Position numbers and translations under genes: made by a program. Below the pieces are notes generated by a model. It was not told where the DNA came from, did no database searches, and worked only from the letters and a program-made list of their open reading frames with translations. A DNA stretch of 62,092 nt, counting the filler, from Sphacelaria rigidula (Eukaryota), in the NCBI GenBank assembly GCA_964200075.2. It is 11 parts of 11 records of this genome, joined end to end, with 100 filler letters (N's around TTAATTAATTAA, not from the genome) between each part and the next. Parts side by side here need not be neighbours in the genome. Positions count along the whole stretch, not along the records: positions 22,618 to 28,171 come from CAXNAA020026376.1; positions 28,272 to 33,825 come from CAXNAA020026377.1; positions 33,926 to 39,479 come from CAXNAA020026378.1; 8 more parts are not named here. The stretch is one strand, 5' to 3'. This document shows positions 25,282 to 38,751 of the stretch, one piece after another. The first letter of the stretch is position 1. Each line of letters opens with the position of its first letter.

Positions 25282-27929
25282 TCGGTGACCGGCCTCGATG
25301 CTCAGGCATGGAAGTCAACTGTCTTTTCCGGTAGTACTGGTTGAGGAGTGTAAAATACCACCGCCTGTATACAGCTGCACAGACTTGCTGCCGGCCGTCC
25401 CTTATTTTGTATCGCAGTTCATGCTTGACATACCAGAGATCTTGCCCTCACCGCCGTTCGCAGATGGCACAAAGAGGGAGTCGTTGCCTCTTCATATCCA
25501 TGAAGGTTCACCAACAAGGGCGACGCTGTTCTCGGTGTTGGCGTCGAGAGTACGCAGCTTCTGGAGATCTCCCTCCAAGGCGGGCGCCCTATCGGGCTCT
25601 TTCTCTGAGATGCCAGTCTCTCCGTCGTGGTGGATGATCGCATGGTGAAGACGTTCCATAAAGTATTCTCCTCTGGGCTCTTCAAGGTACAGAGAGCGAC
25701 ACCACGGGTAGACGGTATTCATGCGAAAATAAAGATCGTGTTCCCTGATTGCCGTAGCGGCGGGTCTTTATGCGGGTCTAACATGTTTTCGTTTTTGAGA
25801 GTGTCATGAACTCTCACCAATCTTTCCAACTGCCGCTGGGCTCGTTTTCACCCTCTATTTCTCGACAGCACGATATCGGCGGCGCAGTGTATGTGGGCCC
25901 AGGGTTGCTCCCGTCAAAGCTGCTGGCCGACACGACCCCGCCCGCATTGCTGACTCCTGCCGCTGGTACTTCTGCTGATGACTGCTGGAGAGGTCATGAA
26001 GACCGCCGTGCAGCCGTTCGGATACACAGTGGAGGTGAGAGTGCTTCGGGCGAGACAAACGGTGTTCATATCGAGTCTTGAATACTTGCTTCTTGGCCGT
26101 TTGAGGGTCGCACAGTGAGGACAAGGTGGTGATCAGGCTAATGGGCACATACGCACCAGTTTTAGTCTTTTTGCATATTTCTTGACGCATTTGCGAGTCA
26201 AATATAGTTTCTCTGTATCATACAAGAGGATACCCTTAACTGTACGGGTCCATCACCTTGCCCGGATTTTGGTCCGATCTTTGTCTTATATTTTTGGTCA
26301 ATTTTCGGTTGAAAGCATATTTTGTCTTCATTCGGTGCTTGCCTCGTATTAATGAAAACAATTAATCAGGCCCGAAAATGGCCGCACACCCCTCTTTCTA
26401 AGCTCCAGAGAGAAACAACATTCTGAATAAACAACAAACGATAATCACAATCGCGAATCAATCACTAGTTTTACGTATTACCGTGTGTTGGACCTCACTG
26501 CCTGGTTCACTGACGAACCTCGCTGGTAAAACCAGCGCTGTTCGGCTCGACAACGGCCAAATCCTTCTACGAGTGCTTTGAAACAGTAGAATAAGTGCGA
26601 TGCTCGGGTATATTTTGGCCCATTTCAAGTAAAGAACTCGTTTTTCTATCTTCACGTCGGCTGAGTCTGCCCTCTAACTTCGTAACGAACCCATCTGTAA
26701 AGCCGTCACAACGACCATTATACCCAGACAACGTATTGCCCTTCAGCGCCCTAAATTATGGGACGGGCGTGTGAGAATGCCATCAGTCGGGGGTCGTCTT
26801 GTCACCTCCCACCCTTCTAGGCGCGACGCGGAGATTTCGAAGAAAACGGGCATGGCATTCTAGACAGAATGCGTATCGCGCTTCGAATACTTCGTTTGGG
26901 ATCATGCAGAGTGTGTATCGCTGAGAATTTGAGGGTGGGGTTTGTCGCGGGATCTCATACCATCGTCTTCACACGTCTACAGTGACTGCTTGAGTGTACT
27001 ACACGTTGTTGCTTCCTCTCTTCGCGACGTGACTAGGAACCGCGTCTCGCGCATTCACCTCCGCCGTGCGTGTAATCCAATGTGGTCACAATTTTCGAGT
27101 CTGGATCAGGTCAACAGGCTGCACATGACCGCGAAACAAGGCCAAGACGTCGCCTAACCGGACATTCCCATCTGGGGGAAGTAAATAATAAACGACGCTC
27201 CGGAGGGCGCCCTAACCCTAACCCTAACGACAATCAACTCAAGAAAATGTTGGAGCCTGGCAAGGAGACGTGTATAGCAAAGGTGGCGTTATACCTAGAA
27301 GCGGCGGAGACATGCCAATTTTTCTACCTCACGTGGGAAGCAACGGTCGATGATGAGGCCATAGACATTTGTCGCAGATTCCCCATGTACAACTTGCCGC
27401 CGCTGCAGGCAGCGAAAGTGGAGACAAGCACGCTCTCATTGCTTGTGTACCAACATCTCGCGTGCGGAGCAGTATATTAGCGGCGAAGAAGCCTTTAATC
27501 ATTGGTGCCGGGGATCTTATTGTAAGGGGCCCTGGATTTAAAAAAAGGCGGCTTGAGTTCACCCCAGCCGCTAGTCCCTGCGACGATGATGAGGAAGACG
27601 ATGCAGATGAAGTTGAAGACACTGCCGATGACGACGGCATCGCAGCCGATGACGGCGCGGGAGGTTGATGGATATCATGTTTGGGGCTTCGGTTCTGAAT
27701 ACGAGGGTCTGTTTTGATGGGGCTGGGTCGGGGTAGGGAGTTTGGGGGGGGGGGGGGGGGGGGGGGCGTGTGCGTGTGGGGGGTTGTGGGGGGTTACTCC
27801 GGGGNNNNNNNNNNGGGGTGGGTTGGTGGGGGGGGGGTGGGGGAGGGGGGGGGGGGGGGGGGCGGGGTGTGGGTGGGGGAGTTCATGGTCCTGTCGGGTT
27901 GTGTGTGGTTTTACTCCGGGGGTACCCGT

Positions 27930-28171
27930 TGATGAGAGTAGACGACGTCAAGGCTTGTCGATCGCAGCCGATGGTAGCACCGTGCGTGGAACACCTGCTC
28001 GCGAATTCGATGGAAGACAATGCATCATTATTCTCGCCAGAGGGAAATGTTCGAAGGGGAGTATCCGAGTCGTTTCCGTGTCGGATCTTGTGGGCAATGG
28101 GCGATCCATGTTGCCTTGAAACCGGCTTCTTGATTGAGGGAAAAAGCACAAACCCGCAGCTGATCGATACC
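27930..28171 (+). pseudogene. Possible hAT transposase fragment
   Basis: PMVAPCVEHLLANSMED resembles the hAT CxxH(L)LNLxxxD motif. The contig ends shortly afterwards. Confidence 0.25.
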
Positions 28172-30099
28172 NNNNNNNNNNNNNNNNNNNNNNNNNNNNN
28201 NNNNNNNNNNNNNNNTTAATTAATTAANNNNNNNNNNNNNNNNNNNNNNNNNNNNNNNNNNNNNNNNNNNNGGAAACAGCCATCTCGCTTGGAAGTTTAG
28301 CGCCCCAAGCTGAAACGGAGGAGCCAAAGAGTAGACTGCAGCTATGGACGTGTACGAATGGCTGTGTGTGATGGGGTACACAATATCATTGCGAGAGGAA
28401 TACGGTAGTGAAATAAGGGAATATGTAACCATATATTGCTGCTACCGTGCGCTTCAGTCATGAATTTCGAGTGTTCCTTGTCTTTTTCTTGTGCCGCTGT
28501 GTTATCGATTGCTTCCCATTTGGTGATATACGGGCACATGTGTGAGCCAAGGCGCGTAGTCTCTATTTCCAGTAGAATAGGTATCGGTAGTTACAGAAGA
28601 GCACCCCTCAAAAGCTGCACTCCTGTAACTATTGATCAGTTCGCGGAAAGGTTGTTTTTAGCGAGGTTTGAGCCCCGCACTACCCTAGAATCCAGTCTAA
28701 CTGATCCAGGGTGTCGACGCGCGATCACACGACAGCGACCGTACTTGTCTGCTGTTTCTGTCGTTGGAAAGGGCGTTATATATGTTTTTCCTTTCCTAAC
28801 GGATGGAGTTTTCCCCTGCTTATCAGGGTTTATCCATACATTAGATCTGCAACGAGTTTTTCCCTGTACTGTAATTCAGCAGGTTTTTCTCGTTTTACTT
28901 TCAGGCGTATGATGCACAGGCTTTGTTTTTGTTCTGGCCCTTCCATCCCTCCAATAAATTTGTGTGTAGCCATATAAATATGGCTAGGGTGATGTTACAG
29001 ATTTATTGGTCATGTTCCAGTCGACTGGGTTCCATTTGTCATACTTTGTCATGCTTGGTACCTGATGGGTCATACTACATTGTTTGATTGCATTGAGCTG
29101 CCTGCCCCCTTTGGGTCACAGCGTTTTGGACTATGCATCTCAACTAGCAAAGCACAAGCTAGCCTGTACGCCAATAATACAAGAGCATCTACGCCATCAT
29201 GGACTGCTATCTCAGAGGATTATCTGGTCTTCACAAAATGTAAGCTTGACCTTCATGCAACACATGTTGTGCTGCAGCCTGCGCGGCTCATGGCATGACA
29301 CCTGACCACTGGTGCGGTGGCTGACTTTACACTCTGTAACGTCGAACTCAATGGCTTCGATACTAAAGACTGTGTTTGGGCCTGCTAGCCCCGGTGCCCA
29401 CTGAACTGGCATCTTCCTACCCAGGTCGTAAGTATCGTACCATGACATGGTGTCCAACCCTTGCATTTGTGTAGAGTCAACACTGGCACGCTCCGACCAC
29501 AAACCTTCGGAGGAGAGGGTTTTGCTGGTGTGTGGGTCGAATCAGGTAAAATATTACTTCTTTTATATAGAGTAAATAGTGTGTCTGTTCACAAATTGTA
29601 GTGTCCACAGCGTATCTTACCTGCAACATAATTCAGCATGTAGTAGACAGTGCTTTTGAAGTTCACGGCTTTGTGTCACTGGGATGTTTGGAGAGCACGT
29701 ACAGTGTACTATGAGAGCATGCACAGTGTACTATGATGGAATGCTGCTTCGGCTCTTCGCACTCTTTTGTTCTGTCTACCTACCATACGCACGTTGAGCA
29801 TAAATAGTTGAGCGTGGGCTATGTAGTTTGTTTTGCCCCGTGGGTGCCCTGTGCTCCGTACCCGCCGCATTGCACTTCGTTACATGCAACCCACGCAGTG
29901 CGCCACCAACGGCTTTATGCACGAGCTCATCCGGGATGGTTCATCAGCACGCCACTGCAGACGTCCGAAGCAAAAGTGAAATAACCTAGCCAAAACAATT
30001 GATAAAAGGCAATACGGTTGAACGAGATTGCACGAGTTCCACGAACCAGAGGGTCAACAAATACTGCGGGGCGTTTCGGGACATCAGGCTCCAGACAGC

Positions 30100-30472
30100 T
30101 GCGGAAGCTGTGCAGCCGCGTCGTTGTTGTCTGTTGATGTGGTTTTCGCTGTTGTTGTGTGCTGCTGTTCGTCGCTGCCGTGTCGCTGCTGTGTGTTGCT
30201 GTTGCTCGCCGCACGGCTGCGCTGTTGTTGTGTGCTCCTGTTCGTCGCTGCTGTGCCGCCGCTGTGTGTTGCTGCTGCTCGCCGCACGGCTGTGCTGTTT
30301 TTCTGTGCTGTTGTTCGTCGTTGCCGCGCACCTGCTGTGTGTCGTTGGTTGTTGCTGCTCTGTATTTTTGATGCTGTTGCTGCTACTGCTGTTGTTTTCT
30401 GTTGTCTGTTGTCGTTGTTGCCTATTACTACTGTTGCTGTTGCTGTTGCTGTTGTTGTTGTTGTCGTCCTCG

Positions 30473-30545
<73 letters not shown>

Positions 30546-30546
30546 A

Positions 30547-30580
<34 letters not shown>
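30100..30580. repeat. Low-complexity GCT/GTT region with (GTT)~24 (30472-30544) and (GCT)10 (30551-30580) microsatellites
   Basis: Simple repeats are directly visible. Confidence 0.95.
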
Positions 30581-30581
<1 letters not shown>

Positions 30582-32309
30582 CCACCGTGCTTTCTGCTAC
30601 CCTGGTTGACTGTTATTGTCCCGCTTGTTGTGCTATGTTTGCCTCTACCGCCTACTGTCGGCTGTACTTTTCTCGCTCACTATCACATCGCATGTTGTCA
30701 TGTGCACGTGCATTTTCCGCCCTCATGTTCTTTATAACCTCGCTTGGATCTGATCGCACAGTTTTTGTTTTGTCATTGTTGCGTGCATTGTATCACCTTC
30801 GCCTGATCTACACCTGGTCAGCCATAACATCATCGCTGTACCTTACCAGTAATGATCGTGTTCTAGACATTCTCTATATTTTCCCGGTAGTTTTATTGTA
30901 AAACAACCCACCATGATCAGTATGTACTTTGTTCTCGGGGTTGCATTTTTATTGTGGCCATGAGGATTTGTGGAATGAGCATGCAGTAAAGCTTCCATTT
31001 CTATTTCGATCTTGTTTGCTTTTCTTTCATTTTACATGCTTATGTTGTCTGCATCTCCGGGTTTCGCGTCTACCACAACGGTCTTTTGAGCCCCTCGATT
31101 GTATTTTGAGTGCTGGATAATTTTGCGCTGCACTATTTTTCATTTCATGTTCTGGTAATTTTGTATTGTGTTTGGCGCTCGCGATGTTTTTCTTTGATCG
31201 TGCGGGTGCAGCCTATCTGCAGGGCCTTGTCTGTTGCTCTGCCTGTACTCATCATGCTTGAGCAGGATTCCGCTGGTAACCGTTTCATCTCTCTGGTTCG
31301 CAAGGCCGAAACGCCGAATTTACCGCCCGGCACACGACATTTCGATCTGCGTCACGTGGTATAAAACCGAACCATATTTTCATGTACCCCAAGACTTCCA
31401 ACGTACACTAACCACGCCCTCTATTACTTCCGCCCTTGTTTCACCCACACTCTTGTCCTGGGTGTTCGCATCCCGCTGAGGGAACCCGCGCTAAACGTCA
31501 TTGCGTTGGGGAGGACACGCAGGAAACTCTAAACGGTTTGCCAATGACGGTATGTTCCCGCGTGGAGTGTCTGCAATTTGGTTTGGCTTAGCTAATACCG
31601 GGTACCTTTTCATGGAGTGTCCGCAATTTGGTTTGGTTTAGCAAATCCCGGGTACCTTTTCATAACATTCTGCTAGCAGGGTCATTACCTTGGTGCCACT
31701 AAATAGGATCCCCATTTTATCCCACACTGGTAATCGATCGTATTGTTTGCTATTAACCAGCTTGACTTCTTCACGCACCCTGTACCGTAGTTGGATACTA
31801 CCTTGTCCCTTCGCGGTACCGTAGTTGGATAATATACATTGTTCAGTTTCTTCAAACTTGGTTTTCGATATCATGTTGCCACTCATCTTCCCGTGGATTG
31901 CCTTGCCATTACTTATTCAGTACGCAGACGTACGTAGTTTCCCTATTTTGCATTTTTGCCCTTCATGCCAAGCCTACCATGCAAGTTGACTGCGCGACGA
32001 TATATCTTGTTTTTGACGGTTCTTACAGGCCGTACATATAGCTTTTAGACAATTTTTTCGCTGATATGGTCGCTGGACCCCCTTGGGGGGGGCGAAGCAC
32101 GAGTTCCATATTTTTTGCTCGTTGTTGTCTCGCGTGCACACCCTTTGCCACAAAACAAAGCGGTTTCCCACCATGAGAACGCCGCATGATCAAAAAAGAA
32201 ATGCACAAGCTTCTTGACCGAGGTGTTGCTCACCCAACTTTCCCCGGAAAATTTTGTTGACTGTACGATTTTATTTTCAGTAAAATTCCTCAAGTTCGCC
32301 AAATATATC

Positions 32310-33050
32310 TTCACTGCAGGGTCTCACAGGTTCCTTAGCCTGTTAATCGATAATACCGGCATACAACCAGCCCCCTCCAAATGCAACGCAATTGCTCAGA
32401 CGTCACGTCCATACAATCGAAAAACAACGTTCGTTCCTGAACCCACCGGGTACCTTGGACAGTTTGTCCAGGACCGTAGCATTCTAGTCGACCCGCTGAA
32501 CGATATTCTAAATAAGTAGGAAAGGCAACCATATTGCTGCACGATGTAGGACACGCGCGCTCTCCTTCCGCTGTCAAACTCATGTGCCGTAGAGCTGCAG
32601 CAAGATTTCACCGCTGTCATTTCTGTGCTTTGTCTCCGTATATTCAGTACAACGTACCTCATTATTATATTTTTATTCAGCATGCGTTGTCTAGTTTTAT
32701 TTTCGCCATAATTATGTCTACAGTTTCACAGGATTCGAGAACCTAGGGGGACGGCTGCTGAAAAGGTTACAGAATTGTACAAATCTTGGCCTCGGAGAGA
32801 GTACGTTTCACGCACACTCTTGCGCAATCGTACCCTACCCGACGACCCGACGCCATGCTACCGTCTGACACATTCCCCTTCGAGCTCTGGACTGGCCGTA
32901 AACATTACACACGTACCACTGCTGTCTCAATAGCAAGTTCCTTCCTTATCCGCCCACCCCATCCGAAACACCTCATACCCGAAGTGTTTGTGTCACACCT
33001 TGAGGGGGACCAAACTGGAACGCCACACCAACATTCCACCTGACCCCTGA
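32310..33050 (+). mobile_element. Ty3/gypsy pol remnants (RT-RNase H connection and integrase C-terminal part)
   Basis: FLSLLIDNTGIQPAPSKCNAIAQTSRP...TGYLGQFVQDRSILVDPLNDILNK matches gypsy GIxPxPxKxxAI..GYLRxF..YS..AxPLTDxL. PDAMLPSDTFPFELWTGRK resembles integrase TPFELLFGR. Confidence 0.65.
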
Positions 33051-34743
33051 ACTTGTGTTGTGTTGGACTGCATTGCCTGTATCTGTCACCATGTTGGATT
33101 GTCGAGAACTCTACATTGTTTCAGCCACTGACGGGTGGGGAAAAGGGAAAGACTTCAAAGGGGGGGGGGGGTACCTATTTGTTTTGAGCATCCAAGTAAT
33201 TCCCTCAGCTACTGTAATCTGCACTGTTCCCCAACTCCTTTACCAACTTCACTTCATCCAAGTAGTTTCTGAGCTGTTGCACGATGTACTGTTTTCATCT
33301 ACACTATTTTTATTGCATCCAAGATTTATTTTCTTTGCTGCCATTTACACTGTTTCCGCATCAAAGTATTCTCTTAGCTGCGGCCAGCTGCACTGTTTCT
33401 AGTTGTTTCATCATTTTCACCCCTTGCTTTGCCATGTCTCATGCTTGTATCAGGTCATCAAAGAATACCTCGATTAGAGAGGGTGATAACGTACATCCCG
33501 GTGCGACTCCTTCAAAAATATCAAAATATTTCGATATTTCCCTGTCTAGCACCGTCGCACTTTTGGCATATGCCTTTCGTCTTAATCGTCCACACCTTTC
33601 CTTGATCACAGTTCCTTATATATTTTCCCACAACCCATTGCTCCATACTGCGTCATAAGCCTTTTGCACCTGTATAACCCCACAGTTTCTTCGACCCCGC
33701 CATCGCACTCGAAGCATTCCGCTTCCCCACGTAGTGATGCCTTGAAGCTTTTGCCACAGGTGCTACCTCCTGGAAAGGCTACATCAGTGCCGAGTTGAAG
33801 CACCACGTGTATAATTATGGGAATTNNNNNNNNNNNNNNNNNNNNNNNNNNNNNNNNNNNNNNNNNNNNTTAATTAATTAANNNNNNNNNNNNNNNNNNN
33901 NNNNNNNNNNNNNNNNNNNNNNNNNCCCCCCCCCCAAAGGGGTGGGTGGTTAATGGGCAAAAAAAAAAAGCAAAAAAAAAATGGAGCCCCCCCCCCCCCC
34001 CCTCCCCATAAACGTTTTTCTCTACGTGCGTTTTGTCAGTAAAGATCCGACAACACCAAAACCTCACGTCTCCGAAACACCATGGTTTAGGGTATAACTC
34101 GATCTCATAGTCACTGCTTCCAACTTCGTCCTTTCATTCAGATTCCCGAGCTCACGGCGATACTACGAGTCAAAGTATGCGGATATTGGGTGGAAATTGG
34201 GTTCAGAATTCGTGTTTCCAATGCCAGAACAACGTGAAGGACGCTGATTGGCCGAGGTACATTTTCGCCCTCAACACCACCGCAATGGCGTTGAGCAGAA
34301 ATCCGGCTGTGTTCCCCTCTTCGTCTGTTCATTGCAGTCAGTATGATATCATGTCTGCGACAAATGGGTAGGTACTTAAGAAATACTCTTGCTGATGACA
34401 CAATTTTGGATAAGCATGAACCAGCCTGTACTTTTCCATCTCGAGCTCCCCTCAGCGATAACTTCCGTTTGGTTCCTTGGAGTACGTCCATTTTGCGATC
34501 GTGGCTGGAGTCATAGCAGATCAACCAATGTCCGATTATCATTCAATCGATCAACCAATCAAATATCGTTGGGATGAAGCGGAACATACAGCACCCGATC
34601 CGTTGACCTTTAATCGAAGAACCGGCCATGCCCAACATGACACGATGGACCAGAAGCAACATCGGAAATCACCGCTACCATCAATCACCACCGCAAAAAA
34701 ACAAAAAAAAACTCATCAACATGACGTCACAACATTGTCTCAC

Positions 34744-37700
34744 CTTGTCTTGCACCATGTACAGCCCGCGCGCTTGGACATACGCTGTCATCACTGCCTT
34801 CAGCTGTGTGAAGAAAAAAAGAGAGAGGACAACAAGAAAAACGGACAGCACCGGTCGCTGTGACACAAAAAAAGCAACGCAACTATGGTCGACATACCCA
34901 ACCCGAGAGAGATCACCGGCCATCCGAATGTGCAAAATAAAAACGCAAACAGCCAACTTGAAACAGGCATCGTCTATCGGAGAGTACGGCGTTCTTGGAA
35001 ACACCTTCATGACATAATTGCTTTTAACGCATTCTCCAGCAATATTCCGAATTCCCGCTTCCAGCTTTGCGTTGAAGCGGTAGGGTATGAACGTGCGACA
35101 TTTTCAGATCCCCGAGAAACGCGGGTTCATTGCGCCAACTGAATGTAACTGATCGACATGCGTACCCTTCTAGTTGTTGAACGTAACCTACCGATATTTC
35201 GTGTCCTCCCCGTTATCGAGAGGTAGGAATGAAAAACTTTCAGCGTGTATGAATAGAAAGATACTGCTGTTCGACTGTATAAGATACACTACACTACAAT
35301 GTGTCGAGTACGAAACTGCACGCTGCTTGATCCTCTGCTGAGCATATGCTCTCCAGGGGAGAAGGAGGCGGACGCTGTGGCTACAGCGTGTGTACATCGA
35401 TAACAGTTCAAGTTTTTTTGTCCAGTTCCACCAGTAAAATATATGATGCCGTCAACACCCTCCTCCCTGAGACTGCGATCTGAACCCTGGTCCGCTCCAC
35501 TCCTCCCGTATCTACCAGTCATCCTCCAATGGGGTAAAAATGGGTGACTACTCTACAGTAGAATAGTGTGCTGCCTGTTTCTTGTCGGGAACATACTCCG
35601 AACCTTATGTGCGTGGCTGCAGTAATGAGCCCGACATGAGGCAGTGTAAGGACAAGCCGAAATCACTCGCCTTATCGCTAAACCTAGCCTACCGCGGGTA
35701 GTGCCGCCAATAAAACAGCCTTCTCAAGACAAAACTGTTAGAGGGAAGGACGAGTAAAGTGTGTATTTTTGAATACTCGGGTGAAACACCCGAGTATTAC
35801 TCTACTCAAATTTTGGGTAAATTGATTATGATCTCAAATACTCTACTCAACTTCTGGGTGGATTGAGTACGACCTCAATAATCTACTCAAATTTTGGGTG
35901 GATTGAGTACGACCTCAAATACTCTACTCAAATTTCGGGTACTAAAAGAACGAGCTGGGCCAGCTGAGAAGCGATTTTGTAGTTTGCAGGCCCATCCACC
36001 GGCCAATATTTAGAGTTGGACCCTGAAATTTGGTATAGACAATGAGGGCATAATAATTTTTCATGAGTTAAGGGCATTTTACTGATACCTGAAAACTAAT
36101 TATTATCCTTCAACTCATGAAAAAAAAACACTCGTGTGCGCTGGCATTTGTCTTCATCATGCCCTATTCATTGTCCACACCAAATTTCAGGGTCCAACTC
36201 TAAATATTGGCCGGAGAATCTGACGTTTAGTGACGGGGTCAGAATAAATTCGGAACAGTATTTTGCGGGTCACTTACCGGCACACGTTTGGTGTTTGTGT
36301 ATTGAAACTCTGTGTGGGCCGTGGCTAGGGCATAATTGACAAAACAAACTGGGCCAGGATGATTTTTTTCCGCTGGTTTAGGGAGTTCTAGTATGGAAGC
36401 GACCAGTTCATCACGAGAACGCCCGTACCTCTCCCCCAAAAATTGAGGGCCCATTTTTTATAATTCAGCATACCTCTGTGGTTCTTTATGCTGAGTTTCA
36501 AATCACAACTCTAAATATTGAGCGAAAAAAATGAGATTAGGCCCAAGGGCAGTGTTAATTTCTTCTCAAAACTGCCCTACAAACGGATTTATTTTTAAAG
36601 GAAAAAAATAAAAGCTGTTGTGCACCATCGGTTTTCCATACGAAAAATTATGTAGCATAACTCTCAAAAACTGAGACACGATATCCATATTTACAATCTA
36701 GTGCCGCTGCTCGTAATATATTGATTTCAGTATGGAAACTTCTGTTCGCCATATCTCGAGATTACGAATTAGGTGAAGGTGACGGTATCTATCGTCTTCC
36801 CGTGCTCCAGGGAATATCCACACCAAAAATCGCCATCTGCTGAATGCATCGATCGGGGGTTTAATATAGATTTTAGTGTGGACGCTATCTCCGTTATTTA
36901 TAGAAATAGACATGGGGTTTAATCAAGGAGAAAATGTTGGCCCAGATTTTTGAACAGATGGCCACCTTCCCCTTGATTAGACGATTCATACGATATGCGG
37001 ATCATAGCTCAACTCGTTTGTGTCAATGAGATATTGCTTTGAGAGCATAAATCCATTTCTAGGCTGGCCCAGCTCGTATGACTTTTCAAAAATACCGAGT
37101 ATCGAGTATACTCTACTCAATCTGCCCTTGAAACTGTTGCAGAAAGCGGAAAACATCCGTCTTACTGCTGCTTAACCCGGATGAATTGCGTGAATTCCAA
37201 CACACCGCACACCGCACGCAAGGGCGAAACACACACACAGCTTCCCCTATGGATTCGCTCTTTGGAAAATGACAATCCCGGGACATCGTCAATGTACGGG
37301 TATAATTCCCCTCGTGTCTTCCTCGCAACTTCCAAGCACAAAAAAAGCTTCTGTTTCTCTCGCTCGTTTCAAAAAATGAACCCGGACACAGTACAGTAGT
37401 TTGATCTCGTCACATTTCTGACTCCTTCCCCTCACTCGGAACAACTCCGTGGTACAAGAGGTATCTATCTCTCTCCCTCGGCTACGGAGTTTCATTAAAA
37501 ACGTGAAGCGTCATCACTGAAGAACTCGATACGCTAGGTGATGACCTATAAACTCACCTCATCCAGCGCCTGTACCCTCTGGAAGAGTTGGTACATGAGT
37601 TTGAGCTCCGGTAATCGCTGCGAGTCCATGAGCGCAGCAAAGCCCCGCTCTAGCAACGCCTTTCAGGAGACGGCAGATACGCAAAAGAGAGACGCATTGA

Positions 37701-38751
37701 ACACGGCCATTTGGTCGACATGTATGAACCAACAGTCGGGAAACATCGACAACAGGTGTCGATGCGTTCAACAACAACGTCAACAACGCCCTGCACAACT
37801 ACAGCACCTCCAAACGTGAAACATACCTGAGTGTGGGGTTTGAGAAGCTGCCCCTCTGCCGTAGCGATGAGCGACTTCCTTGTCGACGAGTCTAGGTACA
37901 GTGCGGCACGGTCAGCCTCCTGTGCAGCGAGGCAAACAACACACGCGCAAACCTTGATGCGATGACCCGCGGGCTCCGCTAGTCGTCACTTTTTCACGTT
38001 GATCCTAAAACGAAATAGGGTGTCCTGCAATCTGTATACTCGCCGCTAAACTTGGTAAAGCAGAAAGCACGAGCACTTGGGTCGTCGGAAGAAAGCGAAT
38101 TAAGGTACAGATGGCCGTGAAATCGATATTTATTCTTCCACGCTCTGGCGTTTTTGCGGACACGACAACTCACGTCCGAGTAATAGAAATGACAGCTTCA
38201 CTCCCGTCAACGCGGAACCAAGCGGAACGTGTCTCTTCGCGTTTTTAGAAAATGACCAGGTACAACTCTACAAGAGAATAGGCAATACGTATCGTGGAAT
38301 ACCGTGTACATGACTATGCGACAAATAATACCCTCTGAGTAGCATCCTCGGAAAGTAAATTATCGGCTATTCTAGGATACCTGCCAGGTGCGGTATATAC
38401 CATGTTGAATGCTTGGTATATAACCCCGAAAGTGCCATCCTCAGGTGATGATGTTTTGGGCTCCAAAAAGTCATCATCCAGGAGTCGTGTACACCGCATT
38501 CTACGGCAAGTGATCTCGCAACACAGGAAGCACGTTGTCAGCATTGGAGGCTACAACGCACAACCTGAAAGGCATATGCAAAAGGGACAAGCTCTCGCTA
38601 CGCGTAGTGACGGCGGCACCTGTTGCAGGCGCTCCTCGACGTGCTGGAGGAAGTGTGGAACGTCCGCTGTTGCCATGTACCGAACGCCTTCCGCAGCGTA
38701 GAACTCCTCCGTTTCGCGCAAAAATCGACTTTCGAACAGCAACTCGTACAC
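34744..38751 (-). CDS. CUL4: Cullin-4, four internal exons: 38620-38751, 37827-37919, 37558-37659, 34744-34803
   Basis: All are phase-0 AG/GT exons splicing to VYELLFESRFLRETEEFYAAEGVRYMATADVPHFLQHVEERLQQ|EADRAALYLDSSTRKSLIATAEGQLLKPHTQ|ALLERGFAALMDSQRLPELKLMYQLFQRVQALDE|LKAVMTAYVQARGLYMVQDK. This is a cullin-repeat region closest to CUL4. Confidence 0.9.
35740..37130 (-). mobile_element. Second, reverse-oriented copy of hAT-type family B in a CUL4 intron
   Basis: Perfect 8-bp TSD aaactgtt (35732-35739, 37131-37138), termini agagggaaggacgagtaaagt / actctactcaatctgcccttg, and only about 4 satellite units. Confidence 0.85.
35951..37076 (+). mobile_element. Complete Tc1/mariner-type MITE (family A) nested in family B
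   Basis: TIRs CGAGCTGGGCCAGCTGAGAA / TTCTAGGCTGGCCCAGCTCG flanked by aa/ta (decayed TA TSD). Removing it restores the family B end seen at 12786-12860. Confidence 0.85.

Noticed and set aside
27209..27229. (CCCTAA)3 as a chromosome end
   Set aside because: Only three units, internal to the contig, so an interstitial tract.
29927..30901. Long ORFs (poly-L, poly-V, poly-C, poly-N) on both strands
   Set aside because: They are stop-free artefacts of GTT/GCT microsatellites.
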